This document shows positions 9,708 to 21,219 of a DNA stretch of 64,000 nt, one piece after another. The notes beneath the pieces are model-generated. The model searched no databases, was not told the DNA's origin, and was given only the letters and a program-made list of their open reading frames with translations. Each line of letters begins with the position of its first letter. Position 1 is the stretch's first letter. Location of the stretch: positions 79,949 to 143,948 of the forward strand of contig DAOPOH010000001.1 of the NCBI GenBank assembly GCA_035357855.1, read 5' to 3'. Made by a program: the position numbers and the translations under genes. The DNA is from Candidatus Cloacimonadota bacterium (GTDB lineage Bacteria > Cloacimonadota > Cloacimonadia > Cloacimonadales > Cloacimonadaceae).

Positions 9708-11078
9708 TCACAAAATAAAGCGTGATAAATCTTCACTTTCAATGAGCGGCTTCAATCTGGAAGTGACCATATCCGCATCAATTGTGATTGTCTTGTATTT
9801 TTGATTTGGTAATTCAAACATATATTCGTCCAGCAGAGCGTTCAAAATAGTGTGCAATCTTCTGGCGCCGATGTCTTCCATTTTCTCATTTGCCAAAGCA
9901 GCATATTTAGCGATTTCGGAAATCGCTTTCGGGGTAAATATCAATTTACTTTTTTCTGCTTTGAACAGAGCGATGTATTGTTTGGTGAGGGCGTTTTCCG
10001 GTTCAGTTAGAATGCGCTCAAAATCGGCTTGACTAAGACTGTTCAATTCTACTCTTATGGGAAAGCGGCCTTGCAATTCGGGAATTAAGTCGGAGGGTTT
10101 TGCTGTATGGAAAGCGCCTGCGGCAATGAATAAAATATGAGAAGTGTCTATCATTCCGTATTTGGTGGGGACATTGCTTCCTTCCACAATGGGAAGAAGG
10201 TCGCGTTGTACGCCGGACCGGGAAACATCTATTCCGCTGTGTTTGTCCGAATTAGCAATTTTATCCAGCTCATCAATGAAGATAATGCCGTTGTTTTCCA
10301 CCAAATCAGTGGCTCTTTCCACAACTTTTTCCTGATTAACCAAACGGCTTGCTTCCGTTTCTTCCAGATATTTCAAAGCTTCCGAAACTTTCATGCGTCG
10401 GCTGCGTTCTTTGTTTTTTCCCGGAATGATATTGGCAAACATTTCTCCTATGTTCATGTCCAGCATTTCCAGACTTAAATTGGAAAGGACTTCAATGCCT
10501 GGACCGTGGCTTTCATCGTTTTTGATTTCCACTTCTCTGCCGTCCAATTTTCCATCCAGAAGAAGTTGTCTCATTTTATCTCTACTGCGCTGATATCTTT
10601 GTTCTTGAGTTAGTTCTTCTTCAATCGGCATCTTGTTTCTGCCGTTCGGTTTGGGCGGTAAAATTAAATCAAGCACGCGTTCTATGGCGTTAAGGTGAGC
10701 TTGTTCACGGACTTCATCCAGCATTTGATTGCGGACCTGATTGACCGAAACATTCATCAATTCTCTTACCATGGATTCTACATCTCGTCCCACATAACCC
10801 ACTTCCGTGAATTTGGAAGCTTCCACTTTGATGAAAGGAGCGTTTGCCAAGTGGGAAAGGCGTCTGGCAATTTCAGTCTTGCCCACGCCCGTAGGACCAA
10901 TGAGAATTATGTTGTTGGGAATGATTTCCTCTTGCAATTCACCTTCCACCTGCTGGCGACGCCATCTGTTGCGCAAAGCGATGGCTACAGCTCTTTTTGC
11001 ATTGTCTTGGCCGATAATGTATTTATCCAATTCCGCAACTATTTTACTGGGAGTTAGTTTTGCGATTTCTGTTTTCAT
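9708..11078 (-). CDS. hslU: ATP-dependent protease ATPase subunit HslU
   Basis: Walker [15 protein letters not shown] and Walker [11 protein letters not shown], with an I-domain insertion. The start ATG at 11078 overlaps the hslV stop (ATGA). Confidence 0.92.
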   Translation of the reverse strand: MKTEIAKLTPSKIVAELDKYIIGQDNAKRAVAIALRNRWRRQQVEGELQEEIIPNNIILIGPTGVGKTEIARRLSHLANAPFIKVEASKFTEVGYVGRDVESMVRELMNVSVNQVRNQMLDEVREQAHLNAIERVLDLILPPKPNGRNKMPIEEELTQEQRYQRSRDKMRQLLLDGKLDGREVEIKNDESHGPGIEVLSNLSLEMLDMNIGEMFANIIPGKNKERSRRMKVSEALKYLEETEASRLVNQEKVVERATDLVENNGIIFIDELDKIANSDKHSGIDVSRSGVQRDLLPIVEGSNVPTKYGMIDTSHILFIAAGAFHTAKPSDLIPELQGRFPIRVELNSLSQADFERILTEPENALTKQYIALFKAEKSKLIFTPKAISEIAKYAALANEKMEDIGARRLHTILNALLDEYMFELPNQKYKTITIDADMVTSRLKPLIESEDLSRFIL

Positions 11079-11611
11079 ATTTCCTCGATAACCAGATTTT
11101 GGTTTGTGTAAATGCAAATATCGGCGGCAATTTTTAAGGATTCGCCGATAATATCACGGTTGGAAAGCTGCGTATGTTTAGACAAAGCGCGGGCAGCTGC
11201 CAAAGCATATTGGCCGCCTGAACCTATGGCTATAATACCGTCATCAGGTTCCAAGACATCACCTTGCCCGCTTATTAAAAGCAGACCGGTCTGATTTCCG
11301 GTAATCATCATCGCTTCCAAACGACGTAATATCCTGTCTGACCTCCAGTCCTTAGCTAATTCTACAGCCGCTTTCTTCAGATTGCCTTTGTATTCTTTTA
11401 GCTTTGCCTCGAATTTTTCAAACAGGGCAAAAGCGTCTGCTGTAGCACCGGCAAAGCCTGTGATCACTTGATTGTCATAAAGCTTGCGGGTTTTTATCGC
11501 AGTTGCTTTCAATACTGTTTCACCTAATGTGACTTGACCGTCGCCGCCAATGCAGCAATGTCCGTCACGCAAGATGCCGATAATTGTTGTTCCATGCATT
11601 GTATCCGTCAT
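11075..11611 (-). CDS. hslV: ATP-dependent protease subunit HslV
   Basis: The motifs GTTIIGI...GGDGQVT...GSGG indicate an N-terminal Thr nucleophile protease. The start is uncertain: TTG at 11644, ATG at 11611 or ATG at 11599. Confidence 0.88.
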   Translation of the reverse strand: MTDTMHGTTIIGILRDGHCCIGGDGQVTLGETVLKATAIKTRKLYDNQVITGFAGATADAFALFEKFEAKLKEYKGNLKKAAVELAKDWRSDRILRRLEAMMITGNQTGLLLISGQGDVLEPDDGIIAIGSGGQYALAAARALSKHTQLSNRDIIGESLKIAADICIYTNQNLVIEEI

Positions 11612-11840
11612 AATATTCTGTATTCCTTTTTGTTTTATTTTCAAAATACCTTGTGAATTTACTGCTTATATCGCTCTTTTGACCCTCTCTCTAAATACAC
11701 CATAGATGCCCTATAGATAAAGGCAGAAAAACGCTCATCTTCCAATAATCTATTGTGCCTGAATTCGTTATGCATTAAGCAAGATGAAAGATATCAGCCT
11801 GCTTATATTTTTTGTCGCTTACGGTAATGACGGGAATTCA

Positions 11841-13880
11841 TTAAACTTGTTCCGGCCGACTTGTCCCCTCATTATTAACAGGAGGAGCGGTATTATCAGG
11901 AGTTTGTTCAGATTCCTTATTTTCTGAACCAGCTTCCGTTTCCTGTTTAATTTCTTTCTGCTTGGGAGAGTATTCAAAACGCATTTCCAAAGCCTGCTGA
12001 TATTTCTTCTCAACTAAATTGCGATATTCATCAGTGACATATTCTCTGATAGTGTCAAATATTTCCTCTGTGCCGAGCGTTTCTTTTTCCAGTAATTTTT
12101 TAGCTAAAACATCCATCAATTCACTGTTGTGAGAAAGTATATCCAGAGCTTTTTGATGAGCGTTATTAACAAAATTCCTGATTTCGGAATCTACTATTTT
12201 GGCAGTTTCTTCGCTATAAATATCGCGAGAAAGGATTTCTTTACCCAAAAAGATTTCTCCTTGGTCCTTTCCGACAGTCATCGGTCCGAGTTTATCGCTC
12301 ATTCCCCAAGAGCAGACCATTTTTTTAGCGATGTCAGTGCAACGTTCTAAATCATTTCCCGCGCCGGTAGTCAAATCGTTAAAGACCAATTCCTCCGCTG
12401 CTCTGCCTCCGACTAAAGTAACCAAAAGTTGCTCCAGATAGGCTTTTGAGTAATTGCTTTTGTCGCTCAAAAGAAATTGAGTAGCACCTCCGGAAAAACC
12501 GCGAGGAATAATTGAAACTTTATGCACAGGTTCAGTTTTGTCCTGAAAGATGGAAGTTAGGACATGGCCGACTTCATGATAGGCTGTAAGGCGTTTTTCT
12601 TCTTCAGGAATAACTCGGCTCTTCTTTTCTTTACCGAGAATCAGTTTGTCTTTGGCTGCTTCAAAATCTTCCATTTCAATCTGCTTTTTGTTCTTACGGG
12701 CTGCAATCAAAGCGGCTTCGTTAACAAGGTTGGCAAGGTCTGCACCGCTAAAACCCGGTGTTCCTCGTGCGATTAATTCCAGATTTACATCTTTTGCCAA
12801 GGGGACTTTGGCGCTGTGGACTTTCAGGATTTCCGCTCTTCCTTTGATATCAGGCAGGTCAACAACCACTTGTCTGTCAAAACGTCCGGGACGCAAAAGT
12901 GCCGGGTCAAGAATATCAGGTCTGTTTGTGGCTGCGATGATAATTACGCTGTCATTGGGCTCAAAGCCGTCCATTTCCACCAAAAGCTGATTCAAAGTCT
13001 GTTCCCTTTCATCATGGCCGCCGCCTAAACCGCTTCCGCGATGACGTCCAACAGCGTCAATTTCATCAATGAAAGTGATGCAGGGCGCATTTTTCTTGGC
13101 TTGGTCAAAGAGGTCTCTGACCCGAGCTGCACCGACGCCGACAAACATTTCCACGAAATCGCTGCCGCTGATGGAAAAGAAAGGCACACCAGCTTCGCCG
13201 GAAACTGCTTTTGCCAAAAGTGTCTTTCCTGTTCCCGGTCTTCCGATTAACAAAACTCCGCGAGGAATTCTTCCGCCCAAGCGTTGGAATTTACGAGGGT
13301 CTTTTAAGAAATCCACGATTTCTTGCAGCTCTTCTTTGGCTTCATCTACACCGGCAACATCTTTGAAAGTAATCCTATATTTACTTCCTTCGTAAAGTTT
13401 GGCTCTGCTTTTTCCGAAGCTGAAAGCTTTATTTTGACCTTGATTCATACCTCTGAAGAGCAAAAACCAAAAGACAATAATCAGGATTGTGGGGAAGAGG
13501 TAGACTAAAACACTGCGCCAAGCCGAAGGCTTTTGCGTACCGACAGAGACGCCTTTGCTCAAAAGGAAGTCAACCAGTTTGGGGTCGTCAAAAGGCATCA
13601 AAGTGTGGCCTTTACGATTATCAAATTCAAACATGATGTCTCTGTCCATAAAGGTAGCTTTGGATACTCTGCCGCTGTCCGCTAAAGTAACGAAATTTCC
13701 GTAGGGAACTTCTTCCACCTGTTTTTTGCCGCCTGCCCAAACTTGATAGAGCAAAGCTGCCAAGAGCAGCATCATAATCCAAAAAGAAAGAGACTGATGA
13801 GGCTTACGCGGTTTAATGTTTACGATATAAGGTTTTTTATTCTTATCACCCGAATCAGGCGGGTCAGATTTTTTATTCAT
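11841..13880 (-). CDS. ftsH: ATP-dependent zinc metalloprotease FtsH
   Basis: N-terminal TM helices, Walker [14 protein letters not shown], an SRH region and the zinc motif HEVGH. Confidence 0.95.
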   Translation of the reverse strand: MNKKSDPPDSGDKNKKPYIVNIKPRKPHQSLSFWIMMLLLAALLYQVWAGGKKQVEEVPYGNFVTLADSGRVSKATFMDRDIMFEFDNRKGHTLMPFDDPKLVDFLLSKGVSVGTQKPSAWRSVLVYLFPTILIIVFWFLLFRGMNQGQNKAFSFGKSRAKLYEGSKYRITFKDVAGVDEAKEELQEIVDFLKDPRKFQRLGGRIPRGVLLIGRPGTGKTLLAKAVSGEAGVPFFSISGSDFVEMFVGVGAARVRDLFDQAKKNAPCITFIDEIDAVGRHRGSGLGGGHDEREQTLNQLLVEMDGFEPNDSVIIIAATNRPDILDPALLRPGRFDRQVVVDLPDIKGRAEILKVHSAKVPLAKDVNLELIARGTPGFSGADLANLVNEAALIAARKNKKQIEMEDFEAAKDKLILGKEKKSRVIPEEEKRLTAYHEVGHVLTSIFQDKTEPVHKVSIIPRGFSGGATQFLLSDKSNYSKAYLEQLLVTLVGGRAAEELVFNDLTTGAGNDLERCTDIAKKMVCSWGMSDKLGPMTVGKDQGEIFLGKEILSRDIYSEETAKIVDSEIRNFVNNAHQKALDILSHNSELMDVLAKKLLEKETLGTEEIFDTIREYVTDEYRNLVEKKYQQALEMRFEYSPKQKEIKQETEAGSENKESEQTPDNTAPPVNNEGTSRPEQV

Positions 13881-14434
13881 TTATAAATCTCCTTTTTCAG
13901 GATGCCGATATAAGGCAAGTTACGATACTTTTCATTATAATCCAAACCATAGCCGACGACAAATTCCTTTCCGATTTTGAAGCCGACATAATCAAAAGTA
14001 ACATCCAATTTATGAGCTTCCGGCTTGTCTAAAAATACGCACATGCGAATGGAAGCGGGGTTATGCTTTTTTATGTATTCTCCTATATATTGCAAGGAAA
14101 GTCCGGAATCCACAATATCTTCCGTAATAATGACATCCTTGCCGGCAATGTCTACATCAATGTCCTTTTTAATTTTTACTATACCGGAGCTGGAACTTCC
14201 GCTGCCGTAACTGGAGATTGCCAAGAAATCAAGTTCCACGGGTAAAGTGAGCTTCCTGACCAAATCCGCCGTAAAGACAAAAGCTCCTTTCAAAATGCTG
14301 ATAATTACGGGGCTTTTTCCTTTATAATCGCGTGAAATTTCTTCAGCCATTGCGCTGACACGGTTTTGAATGTCAGCTTCGCTAAAAAGAATTTTTTCTA
14401 TATCAGAAATTATAGATGTCATGTTTTTCCTCAT
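13877..14434 (-). CDS. hpt: hypoxanthine phosphoribosyltransferase
   Basis: PRPP-binding loop [14 protein letters not shown]. It sits in the conserved tilS-hpt-ftsH order, and its stop overlaps the ftsH start (ATGA). The start may instead be M5 at 14422. Confidence 0.88.
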   Translation of the reverse strand: MRKNMTSIISDIEKILFSEADIQNRVSAMAEEISRDYKGKSPVIISILKGAFVFTADLVRKLTLPVELDFLAISSYGSGSSSSGIVKIKKDIDVDIAGKDVIITEDIVDSGLSLQYIGEYIKKHNPASIRMCVFLDKPEAHKLDVTFDYVGFKIGKEFVVGYGLDYNEKYRNLPYIGILKKEIYK

Positions 14435-15902
14435 TGATAAAGAAAGTTCTGTTGGCAGCTCTTTTACGACTTTGGTTGACTGGTTCGGCGCTAATCATCA
14501 GAATGCGATTGGTGTTGCCATTGCAGACAGCTCGCCTGTCCAAACGATAACCTACAATCCAAATAATTTTTTCGCTGTCAGTTAAAATGGGCACTTTGTC
14601 CCTTTCAAATTTTGGGACTTTTTCGTCAATAAAAAATTCTTTCAATTTCTTTTCATAATTTGTTCCTACAGGCTGAAAGCGGTCACCGGGTTGACGGCCT
14701 CGTAATTTCAAAGGCGGAACGACTTTGTTCATGTCGATCAAAGCATTGTATCCTGTGGTCAAATCAACGGGCTCTTCAGGAATGTGCCTAAAATATCGGA
14801 AAGTGAAGCGACAATTGAAAAACAGCAAATGAGAACGCTTTTCTTTAATGACCAATTCCTTTACTTCAGAAATTTCTTTAAGAGGGTTCTGCGTAGTCAA
14901 GATCAATTCGTTGTATTGTTTGACAGCCCAAACATTATGCGCCAAGCGGATTATTTTGCTTCCGGAAGATGTCAGGATTGCTTTGATCTCCTCATAACTG
15001 TATCGGAAAAATTCCTGTTCAGTCTTACTTAATTGACTGTAGCAATTTCGCAAAATGTAATATTGCTCAATTTCAGAAAGCTGACGCAAGAGCTCAATAT
15101 CCAAAAAGATTTGTTCCGGATTCTCTTCCAAGACGATTTTTTTTCTTAAGGGAGCGGTGTGAGCACGCAGAAAAGCATCTGCTTTTTGAAAAGTTTCCGC
15201 TTGCAGAAACAGACGGTCAACGACGTTTTTATTCACATTATTTTCCAGCCAAGGTATAAGTTCATACCGGATGAGGTTGCGAGTAAAGCGGAATGATAAA
15301 TTTGATTTATCTACGCGCCATTCCCAATTGTTGGCAATAAGCCACTCTTCCAGTTCCTGTTTGGAAAAACATAAAAGTGGTCTGATAAATGGATAGTTTT
15401 CAAGTTTAATGCCGCCCATTCCCGTAATGCCAGCTCCCCGAGCAAAATTCATTAAAACAGTTTCCGCTTGATCATTCTTCTGATGAGCCAAAGCTATGCG
15501 GTCAAAATTGTATGATTTCATGATTTGAAGCAGAGTTTTTCTTCGTCTGATGCGAGCCTGGTTCTCCAAATCTGCTTCTGTTTCAAAATGTATATGCTTT
15601 ACTATGCAGTTTATAAAGAGATCATTGCACAACCTTTTGACGAACTTTTCATCTTCGTCGGAAGCCTCTCCGCGTAAATGATGATTAATGTGCACAGCCA
15701 AAAGAGTGAGATTCATCTCCGCTTTCAATTGTTGCAACAAATGCAATAAAGCTACAGAATCCGCACCGCCGGAAACAGCAATGATCAGTTTCATACAGGG
15801 AGAGATTAAACCTGTGCTAACTACATGTGCAGCAAATCTTTGAGCCAGAGATTGCTTACCCGGCATATTCTCCTCTTTTGGACTTATTTTATTTTTATTC
15901 AT
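14403..15902 (-). CDS. tilS: tRNA(Ile)-lysidine synthase
   Basis: PP-loop motif SGGADS (IAVSGGADSVALLHLL) and a position upstream of hpt-ftsH. Confidence 0.88.
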   Translation of the reverse strand: MNKNKISPKEENMPGKQSLAQRFAAHVVSTGLISPCMKLIIAVSGGADSVALLHLLQQLKAEMNLTLLAVHINHHLRGEASDEDEKFVKRLCNDLFINCIVKHIHFETEADLENQARIRRRKTLLQIMKSYNFDRIALAHQKNDQAETVLMNFARGAGITGMGGIKLENYPFIRPLLCFSKQELEEWLIANNWEWRVDKSNLSFRFTRNLIRYELIPWLENNVNKNVVDRLFLQAETFQKADAFLRAHTAPLRKKIVLEENPEQIFLDIELLRQLSEIEQYYILRNCYSQLSKTEQEFFRYSYEEIKAILTSSGSKIIRLAHNVWAVKQYNELILTTQNPLKEISEVKELVIKEKRSHLLFFNCRFTFRYFRHIPEEPVDLTTGYNALIDMNKVVPPLKLRGRQPGDRFQPVGTNYEKKLKEFFIDEKVPKFERDKVPILTDSEKIIWIVGYRLDRRAVCNGNTNRILMISAEPVNQSRKRAANRTFFINEEKHDIYNF

Positions 15903-15926
15903 TTATTTAGAAAGTCTATCTGTTTG

Positions 15927-17696
15927 TCAATTATAAAATTTTCCCAGCAAATTGACTTTGTTTTCCTTTTTCAGTGCTTCCGCTATCAGCGGTTTGTTTT
16001 TCGGTATGTGCCATGTGATTAAAGCCTTTTGCAGACGGATTTCTCTGCCCTTGGGGACATAAATCGGTTTTCCGGTCTCAAAATCCAAACCGGTGTAATA
16101 CATACAAGTGCTGATAGTCATTGGTGTGGGAGTAAATTCCTGAACCTGCTCAGCTCTGATATTTCTTTGCTTTAGCCATAATCCTAAACGGATTGCAGCG
16201 TCAAGAGTGCAACCCGGGTGACCTGCAATAAGATAAGGAACAATGCTGCTTTTCTTACCTGCAGAGTAAGTGATTTTATGAAAAATCTTACAGAAATCGG
16301 TATACAGTTTTATTTCCGGTTTGCCCATAGCTTTCAGAACTTCCGGTTCTGTATGTTCGGGAGCCAGTTTTAATAAACCGCCCGTGTGATAAAGAGCTAT
16401 TTGTTTTATATAATCAGGATTCTGCAAAGCTAAATCAAAACGGATACCGGACGCCACATAGACGTGCTTAACTCCTTTCGTTTGTAAAGATTGTTTTAAT
16501 AATTCCGTAATCCTCTGCTGCGAAGTTTCCAAGTTTGAACAAATATTGGGATAGAGACAGGAATTTCTTTTACAGGAAAGAGGAAAATCTTGCTGACAAG
16601 TTAAGCCGTACATATTAGCGGAAGGACCGCCCAAATCAGAAACCGTGCCCTTGAAGAAAGGTTGTCGGGTAAGTTTATTAATTTCTTGTAAAATTGATGT
16701 TTCCGATCTGCTTTGAACAGCTTTTCCCTGATGATACCCAATAGAGCAAAAATTGCAACCTCCCACACAACCGCGATGAGTCGTTATTGAATCTTTAATC
16801 TGTACCCAAGCAGGAATAATGCTTTTGCCGTATTTGGGATGGGGAAGACGAGTATAGGGCAAAGAGTAAACTGCATCTAATTCCTTTTCTGTCAAAGGCT
16901 CGGGAGGCGGATTGTGCCTGATAAATCTTCCTGCAACCTGCTGGTAAATTATTTTCTCCCTGAAATTAGCGTGGAAAAGTTTTGTCATCGTATAAAAAGT
17001 CTGCTTATCAGAACATTCTTCTGAGGGAGGAAGTAATAGACAATTTTCTGTGGAAGCAGGCAAAGTATCGAATACGACAGTTCCTTTTATATTTTTCATT
17101 TCGGATAAGGGGATACCTTTTTTAAGTTTCAAAGCAATCTCATGGAGCGGTTTTTCCGCCATGCCATAAATCAGAATATCGGCTTTGGCGTCTGCTAAAA
17201 CAGGATTACGGACTTTATCCTGCCAAAAATCATAATGAGCAATGCGACGCAGAGAAGCTTCCAAGCCGCCAATAATAATGGGCACGCCTTTATAGAGTTG
17301 CCGCACTTTGTTAGAGTAAATTATTGTAGCGCGGTCCGGACGCAAACCGAATTTACCTTCCGGGGAATAAGCATCGTTATGGCGAAGTTTTTTTTGCGCT
17401 GTATAATGATTGACCATGCTGTCCAAATTTCCCGCAGTAATTCCGAAAGCGTATTTTGGTGCGCCAAGTTCCAGCCAATCGTTATCGCTTTTCCAATCCG
17501 GCTGAGCAATGATTCCTACTTTGAAGTCGGCTTTTTCCAATACTCTTGAAATGATGGCAGCACCAAAACTTGGATGGTCTATATAGGCATCACCCGTAAT
17601 GATGATAAAGTCGCATTGTTTCCAACCACTTTGTGCCATTTCAGAACTGCTTGTCGGAAGAAAAGATGCGGAGATTTTGTTTTTTGCAGTATTCAT
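15927..17696 (-). CDS. ygiQ: YgiQ-family (UPF0313) radical SAM protein
   Basis: FLPTSSSEMAQSGWKQCDFIIITGDAYIDHPSFG matches the conserved YgiQ N-terminus. A Cys cluster (CVGGCNFC) is present. Confidence 0.85.
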   Translation of the reverse strand: MNTAKNKISASFLPTSSSEMAQSGWKQCDFIIITGDAYIDHPSFGAAIISRVLEKADFKVGIIAQPDWKSDNDWLELGAPKYAFGITAGNLDSMVNHYTAQKKLRHNDAYSPEGKFGLRPDRATIIYSNKVRQLYKGVPIIIGGLEASLRRIAHYDFWQDKVRNPVLADAKADILIYGMAEKPLHEIALKLKKGIPLSEMKNIKGTVVFDTLPASTENCLLLPPSEECSDKQTFYTMTKLFHANFREKIIYQQVAGRFIRHNPPPEPLTEKELDAVYSLPYTRLPHPKYGKSIIPAWVQIKDSITTHRGCVGGCNFCSIGYHQGKAVQSRSETSILQEINKLTRQPFFKGTVSDLGGPSANMYGLTCQQDFPLSCKRNSCLYPNICSNLETSQQRITELLKQSLQTKGVKHVYVASGIRFDLALQNPDYIKQIALYHTGGLLKLAPEHTEPEVLKAMGKPEIKLYTDFCKIFHKITYSAGKKSSIVPYLIAGHPGCTLDAAIRLGLWLKQRNIRAEQVQEFTPTPMTISTCMYYTGLDFETGKPIYVPKGREIRLQKALITWHIPKNKPLIAEALKKENKVNLLGKFYN

Positions 17697-17698
17697 AT

Positions 17699-17730
17699 AA
17701 AAAAGGGTAAAAGCATTTTTGCCTTTACCC
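17699..17730 (-). terminator. rho-independent terminator downstream of csp
   Basis: On the minus strand, GGGTAAAGGC-aaaaat-GCTTTTACCC (one mismatch) is followed by TTTTTT. The T-run ends 2 nt before the ygiQ ATG. Confidence 0.65.
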
Positions 17731-17758
17731 GCTTAAACTCTTTCTAACCGTTTTCTTG

Positions 17759-17971
17759 TTATTTATTAACCCGAATTATGTTAATGGCTTGAATACCTTT
17801 ATCGGTTTCCATCAAATCAAAAGTTACTTCTTCGTCTTGTTCCAAAACTTTTAATTCACGGGGAGAATTAGTAACAATAGACTTCCAATGCACAAAATAT
17901 TCCTTGTTGTCGTCAGTAATAATAAATCCGAAGCCTTTATTTTTGTTAAACCATTTGACTTTACCTTTCAT
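17759..17971 (-). CDS. cold-shock protein (CspA family)
   Basis: 70 aa with KWFNKNKGFGFI (RNP1-like) and FVHW (RNP2-like). Confidence 0.92.
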   Translation of the reverse strand: MKGKVKWFNKNKGFGFIITDDNKEYFVHWKSIVTNSPRELKVLEQDEEVTFDLMETDKGIQAINIIRVNK

Positions 17972-18292
17972 GCGTTAACCTCGCTTAAATATTGTAATCC
18001 ATAAATAATATACTGAAAATTTCGTCAATAACAATCTAAAAATTTAAATCAGAAAGAAGTAGCAAAATATTCTCTTCTATTTTCATTCAGATTATTTTAT
18101 AACTGATAGGAATTTCTCGTTTCATACATAGTTTTGTTTTAAAAAGTTTACAAACATTTTAAAAGCTATCATATAAACATGCGAAAATTAGGGGAAAAAA
18201 CAGAATAGCGGTTGACAGAAAAAGGTGCTAAGACACAAAGGTATATCAAAAAAAGGAATATATGTGTAAGTGTATATAAAATAGGAGGATAA

Positions 18293-21022
18293 ATGGAATC
18301 CAAGAAACGCGTGTATCGATTCGGCAACGGAACTGCTGAAGGTAAAGCCGAGATGAAAAATCTTTTAGGAGGGAAAGGTGCTAACTTAGCGGAAATGAAT
18401 TTAATCGGTGTGCCAGTGCCGCCTGGTTTTACTATCACTACCGAAGTTTGTACCGAATATAATAAATTGGGTGCGGCAAAAGTCCGCGAAATACTCAAGC
18501 CAGATGTGGAAGCAGCTATGCTTGCTGTGGAAGAACAGACTAATACGAAATTCGGTTCAAAAGATAATCCTTTACTTGTATCTGTCCGTTCCGGAGCCAG
18601 GACTTCCATGCCGGGAATGATGGACACTATCCTTAATCTGGGATTAAATGAATCTACAGTAACCGGACTGATTAAAAAGACCGATAATCCGCGATTTGTA
18701 TGGGACAGTTACAGGCGCTTTGTTCAAATGTATGGAGATGTTGTTTTGGGACTTAAACCATTGAATAAAGAAGATATGGATCCGTTTGAGGCGATAATCG
18801 ATAAAGTTAAATCAGAAAAAGGTGTGAAACAGGATTTGGAATTAGAAACTCAAGATTTGCAAAAATTGGTTATACTTTTCAAGCAATTTGTCAAAGAAAG
18901 AACCGGACACGATTTTCCGGAAGACCCCTGGGAACAGCTTTGGGGTGCAATCTTTGCCGTTTTTGACAGCTGGAATAATGAACGCGCAAAATTATACAGA
19001 GCCCTAAACGGCATTCCTGAAGAATGGGGAACTGCAGTTAATGTTCAAGCTATGGTTTTCGGCAATATGGGTAACACTTCTGCAACGGGAGTAGCTTTTA
19101 CCAGAGATGCGGCAACGGGCGAAAATGTCTTTACGGGAGAGTATTTAATCAACGCTCAAGGGGAAGATGTGGTAGCCGGTATTCGAACTCCGCTCCAAAT
19201 TACTCTTGCAGGTTCCAGACGCTGGGCTGAGCTTGCGGGAATTTCAGAAGAACGGCGCAAGGCGGAATTTCCTTCTTTGGAAGAAGCAATGCCTGAAGTT
19301 TTCAAGCAGCTGATGGAGATTCAGAAAAAGCTGGAAGACCATTATAAGGATATGCAAGATATAGAGTTCACAATTCAGGAAGGCAAATTGTGGTTATTAC
19401 AAACCAGAAACGGAAAGCGCACCGGCGCGGCAATGGTCAAAATTGCCATGGATATGTTTCGCGAAGGGAAATTAGATGAAAAGACTGTCCTTTTGCGGAT
19501 GGAACCAAATAAATTGGATGAACTTCTTCACCCGGTCTTCAAACCTGAAGCTTTAGCCAAAGCCAAAGTAATCGCAAAAGGATTACCTGCTTCTCCGGGT
19601 GCGGCTACGGGTCAAATAGTCTTTTTTGCCGATGAAGCTGAAAGTTGGGCAGAACAGGGAAAGAAAGTAATCCTTTGCCGAATTGAAACATCTCCGGAAG
19701 ACTTACGCGGAATGAATGTGGCGCAAGGTATCCTTACAGCCAGAGGAGGGATGACATCCCACGCTGCAGTCGTAGCAAGAGGAATGGGAAAATGCTGCGT
19801 TTCCGGTGCAGGAACAATCATAATTGATTACAAAGCGCGCACTATGACTGTAGAAAGCAAGACTTACAAAGAAGGAGATTGGATTTCTCTTAACGGTTCC
19901 ACCGGTCAGGTTTTGGAAGGACAAATAGAAACGCAGGCTCCTGAATTGAGCGGCGATTTTGGTAACATACTTGATTTAGCGGAAAAATATTCTCAAATGA
20001 GTGTCCGCACTAATGCCGACACTCCTCACGATGCGCAAGTGGCAAGAAATTTCGGTGCCAAAGGCATCGGCCTGACAAGAACGGAACATATGTTTTTTGA
20101 AGGAGACAGAATCAAAGCAATGCGCGAAATGATTTTGGCTGATGATGAAGCCGGTAGACGCAAAGCATTAGAAAAGATTTTACCTCTCCAAAGAGCTGAT
20201 TTTGAAGGCATTTTTACTGCTATGGACGGATTCCCTGTCACCATAAGATTATTGGATCCGCCTTTGCATGAATTTGTCCCTCAAGAAGAATATAATCAAC
20301 TGGAAATGTCAAAAGACATGGGAATTGACATACAAAAAATTAAAGACAGGGTTGCAGCTTTGCATGAAATAAATCCGATGTTGGGTCACAGAGGTTGCCG
20401 TTTGGGAAATACTTATCCGGAAATTACTGAAATTCAAACCAGAGCTATTATTGAAGCTGCGCTGAATGTAAAAGCAAAAGGCATTAAAGCCATTCCCGAG
20501 ATTATGGTTCCGCTGGTTGGAACGGATACAGAATTTAATATGCAGGAACAAATTATAAGAGAAACCGCGGAAAAAGTATTTTTGGAAAGGGCTGACCAGA
20601 TTGATTATCTTGTCGGAACAATGATTGAAGTTCCCAGAGCGGCTTTAACCGCAGGGAAAATTGCCGAAAGAGCCGAATTTTTCTCCTTTGGTACGAATGA
20701 CCTGACACAAATGACCTACGGCTTTTCCAGAGACGATGTAGGCAAGTTTTTACCCATTTATCTGCAAAAAGGACTGCTTAAAAATGATCCTTTCCAGATT
20801 TTAGATCAGGAAGGAGTGGGTGAATTGGTAAAACGCGGCACGGAAAGAGGCAGAAAAACGAGACCTGAACTTAAAGTAGGAATCTGTGGAGAACATGGCG
20901 GAGAACCAAGTTCGGTGGAATTCTGTCATAGAGTGGGAATGAATTATGTCAGCTGCTCTCCTTTCCGCGTTCCCATTGCCAGAGTAGCAGCTGCACAAGC
21001 TGCGCTTAAAACTCCTCGGTAA
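18293..21022 (+). CDS. ppdK: pyruvate, phosphate dikinase
   Basis: 909 aa with the phospho-His loop GGMTSHAAVVARG and C-terminal PEP-utilizer motifs FFSFGTNDLTQ and ICGEHGGEP. A strong SD (AGGAGG) lies 7 nt upstream. Confidence 0.95.
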   Translation: MESKKRVYRFGNGTAEGKAEMKNLLGGKGANLAEMNLIGVPVPPGFTITTEVCTEYNKLGAAKVREILKPDVEAAMLAVEEQTNTKFGSKDNPLLVSVRSGARTSMPGMMDTILNLGLNESTVTGLIKKTDNPRFVWDSYRRFVQMYGDVVLGLKPLNKEDMDPFEAIIDKVKSEKGVKQDLELETQDLQKLVILFKQFVKERTGHDFPEDPWEQLWGAIFAVFDSWNNERAKLYRALNGIPEEWGTAVNVQAMVFGNMGNTSATGVAFTRDAATGENVFTGEYLINAQGEDVVAGIRTPLQITLAGSRRWAELAGISEERRKAEFPSLEEAMPEVFKQLMEIQKKLEDHYKDMQDIEFTIQEGKLWLLQTRNGKRTGAAMVKIAMDMFREGKLDEKTVLLRMEPNKLDELLHPVFKPEALAKAKVIAKGLPASPGAATGQIVFFADEAESWAEQGKKVILCRIETSPEDLRGMNVAQGILTARGGMTSHAAVVARGMGKCCVSGAGTIIIDYKARTMTVESKTYKEGDWISLNGSTGQVLEGQIETQAPELSGDFGNILDLAEKYSQMSVRTNADTPHDAQVARNFGAKGIGLTRTEHMFFEGDRIKAMREMILADDEAGRRKALEKILPLQRADFEGIFTAMDGFPVTIRLLDPPLHEFVPQEEYNQLEMSKDMGIDIQKIKDRVAALHEINPMLGHRGCRLGNTYPEITEIQTRAIIEAALNVKAKGIKAIPEIMVPLVGTDTEFNMQEQIIRETAEKVFLERADQIDYLVGTMIEVPRAALTAGKIAERAEFFSFGTNDLTQMTYGFSRDDVGKFLPIYLQKGLLKNDPFQILDQEGVGELVKRGTERGRKTRPELKVGICGEHGGEPSSVEFCHRVGMNYVSCSPFRVPIARVAAAQAALKTPR

Positions 21023-21098
21023 ATACAATATTAAAACAGCAAGTATTCAGGACTTTGAAATAGCTGGAGAACATTAGATTATTATAAATGAATTTTTA

Positions 21099-21120
21099 GG
21101 GCAGACCTGCGTGTCTGCCC
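21099..21120 (+). terminator. hairpin downstream of ppdK (possible terminator)
   Basis: GGGCAGAC-ctgcgt-GTCTGCCC lies 77 nt after the ppdK stop. It is followed by an AT-rich stretch rather than a clean T-run. Confidence 0.45.
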
Positions 21121-21219
21121 TAATTATTATGTTTGACATATAGGTTCGTTCATACAAATAAAAACCGCTGAATAATTTTCGGAGGTCTTTTTGCACCCGT
21201 AACCATTCCTTTGAATAAC

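Noticed and set aside
18213-18250. A sigma-70-like promoter for ppdK (TTGACA at 18213).
   Set aside because: The nearest -10-like hexamer (TATATC) is about 23 nt away, which is too far. FCB-group promoters may also follow a different consensus, so I do not call it.
18169-18627. A 152-aa minus-strand ORF overlapping the ppdK 5' end.
   Set aside because: It lies antisense to a very well supported gene (ppdK) and has no motif or SD. Such ORFs are typical antisense-frame artefacts. The same reasoning applies to the other long antisense ORFs: 6805..7194, 8020..8382, 10695..11057, 12646..12990, 31256..31645, 34407..34745 and 57369..57731.
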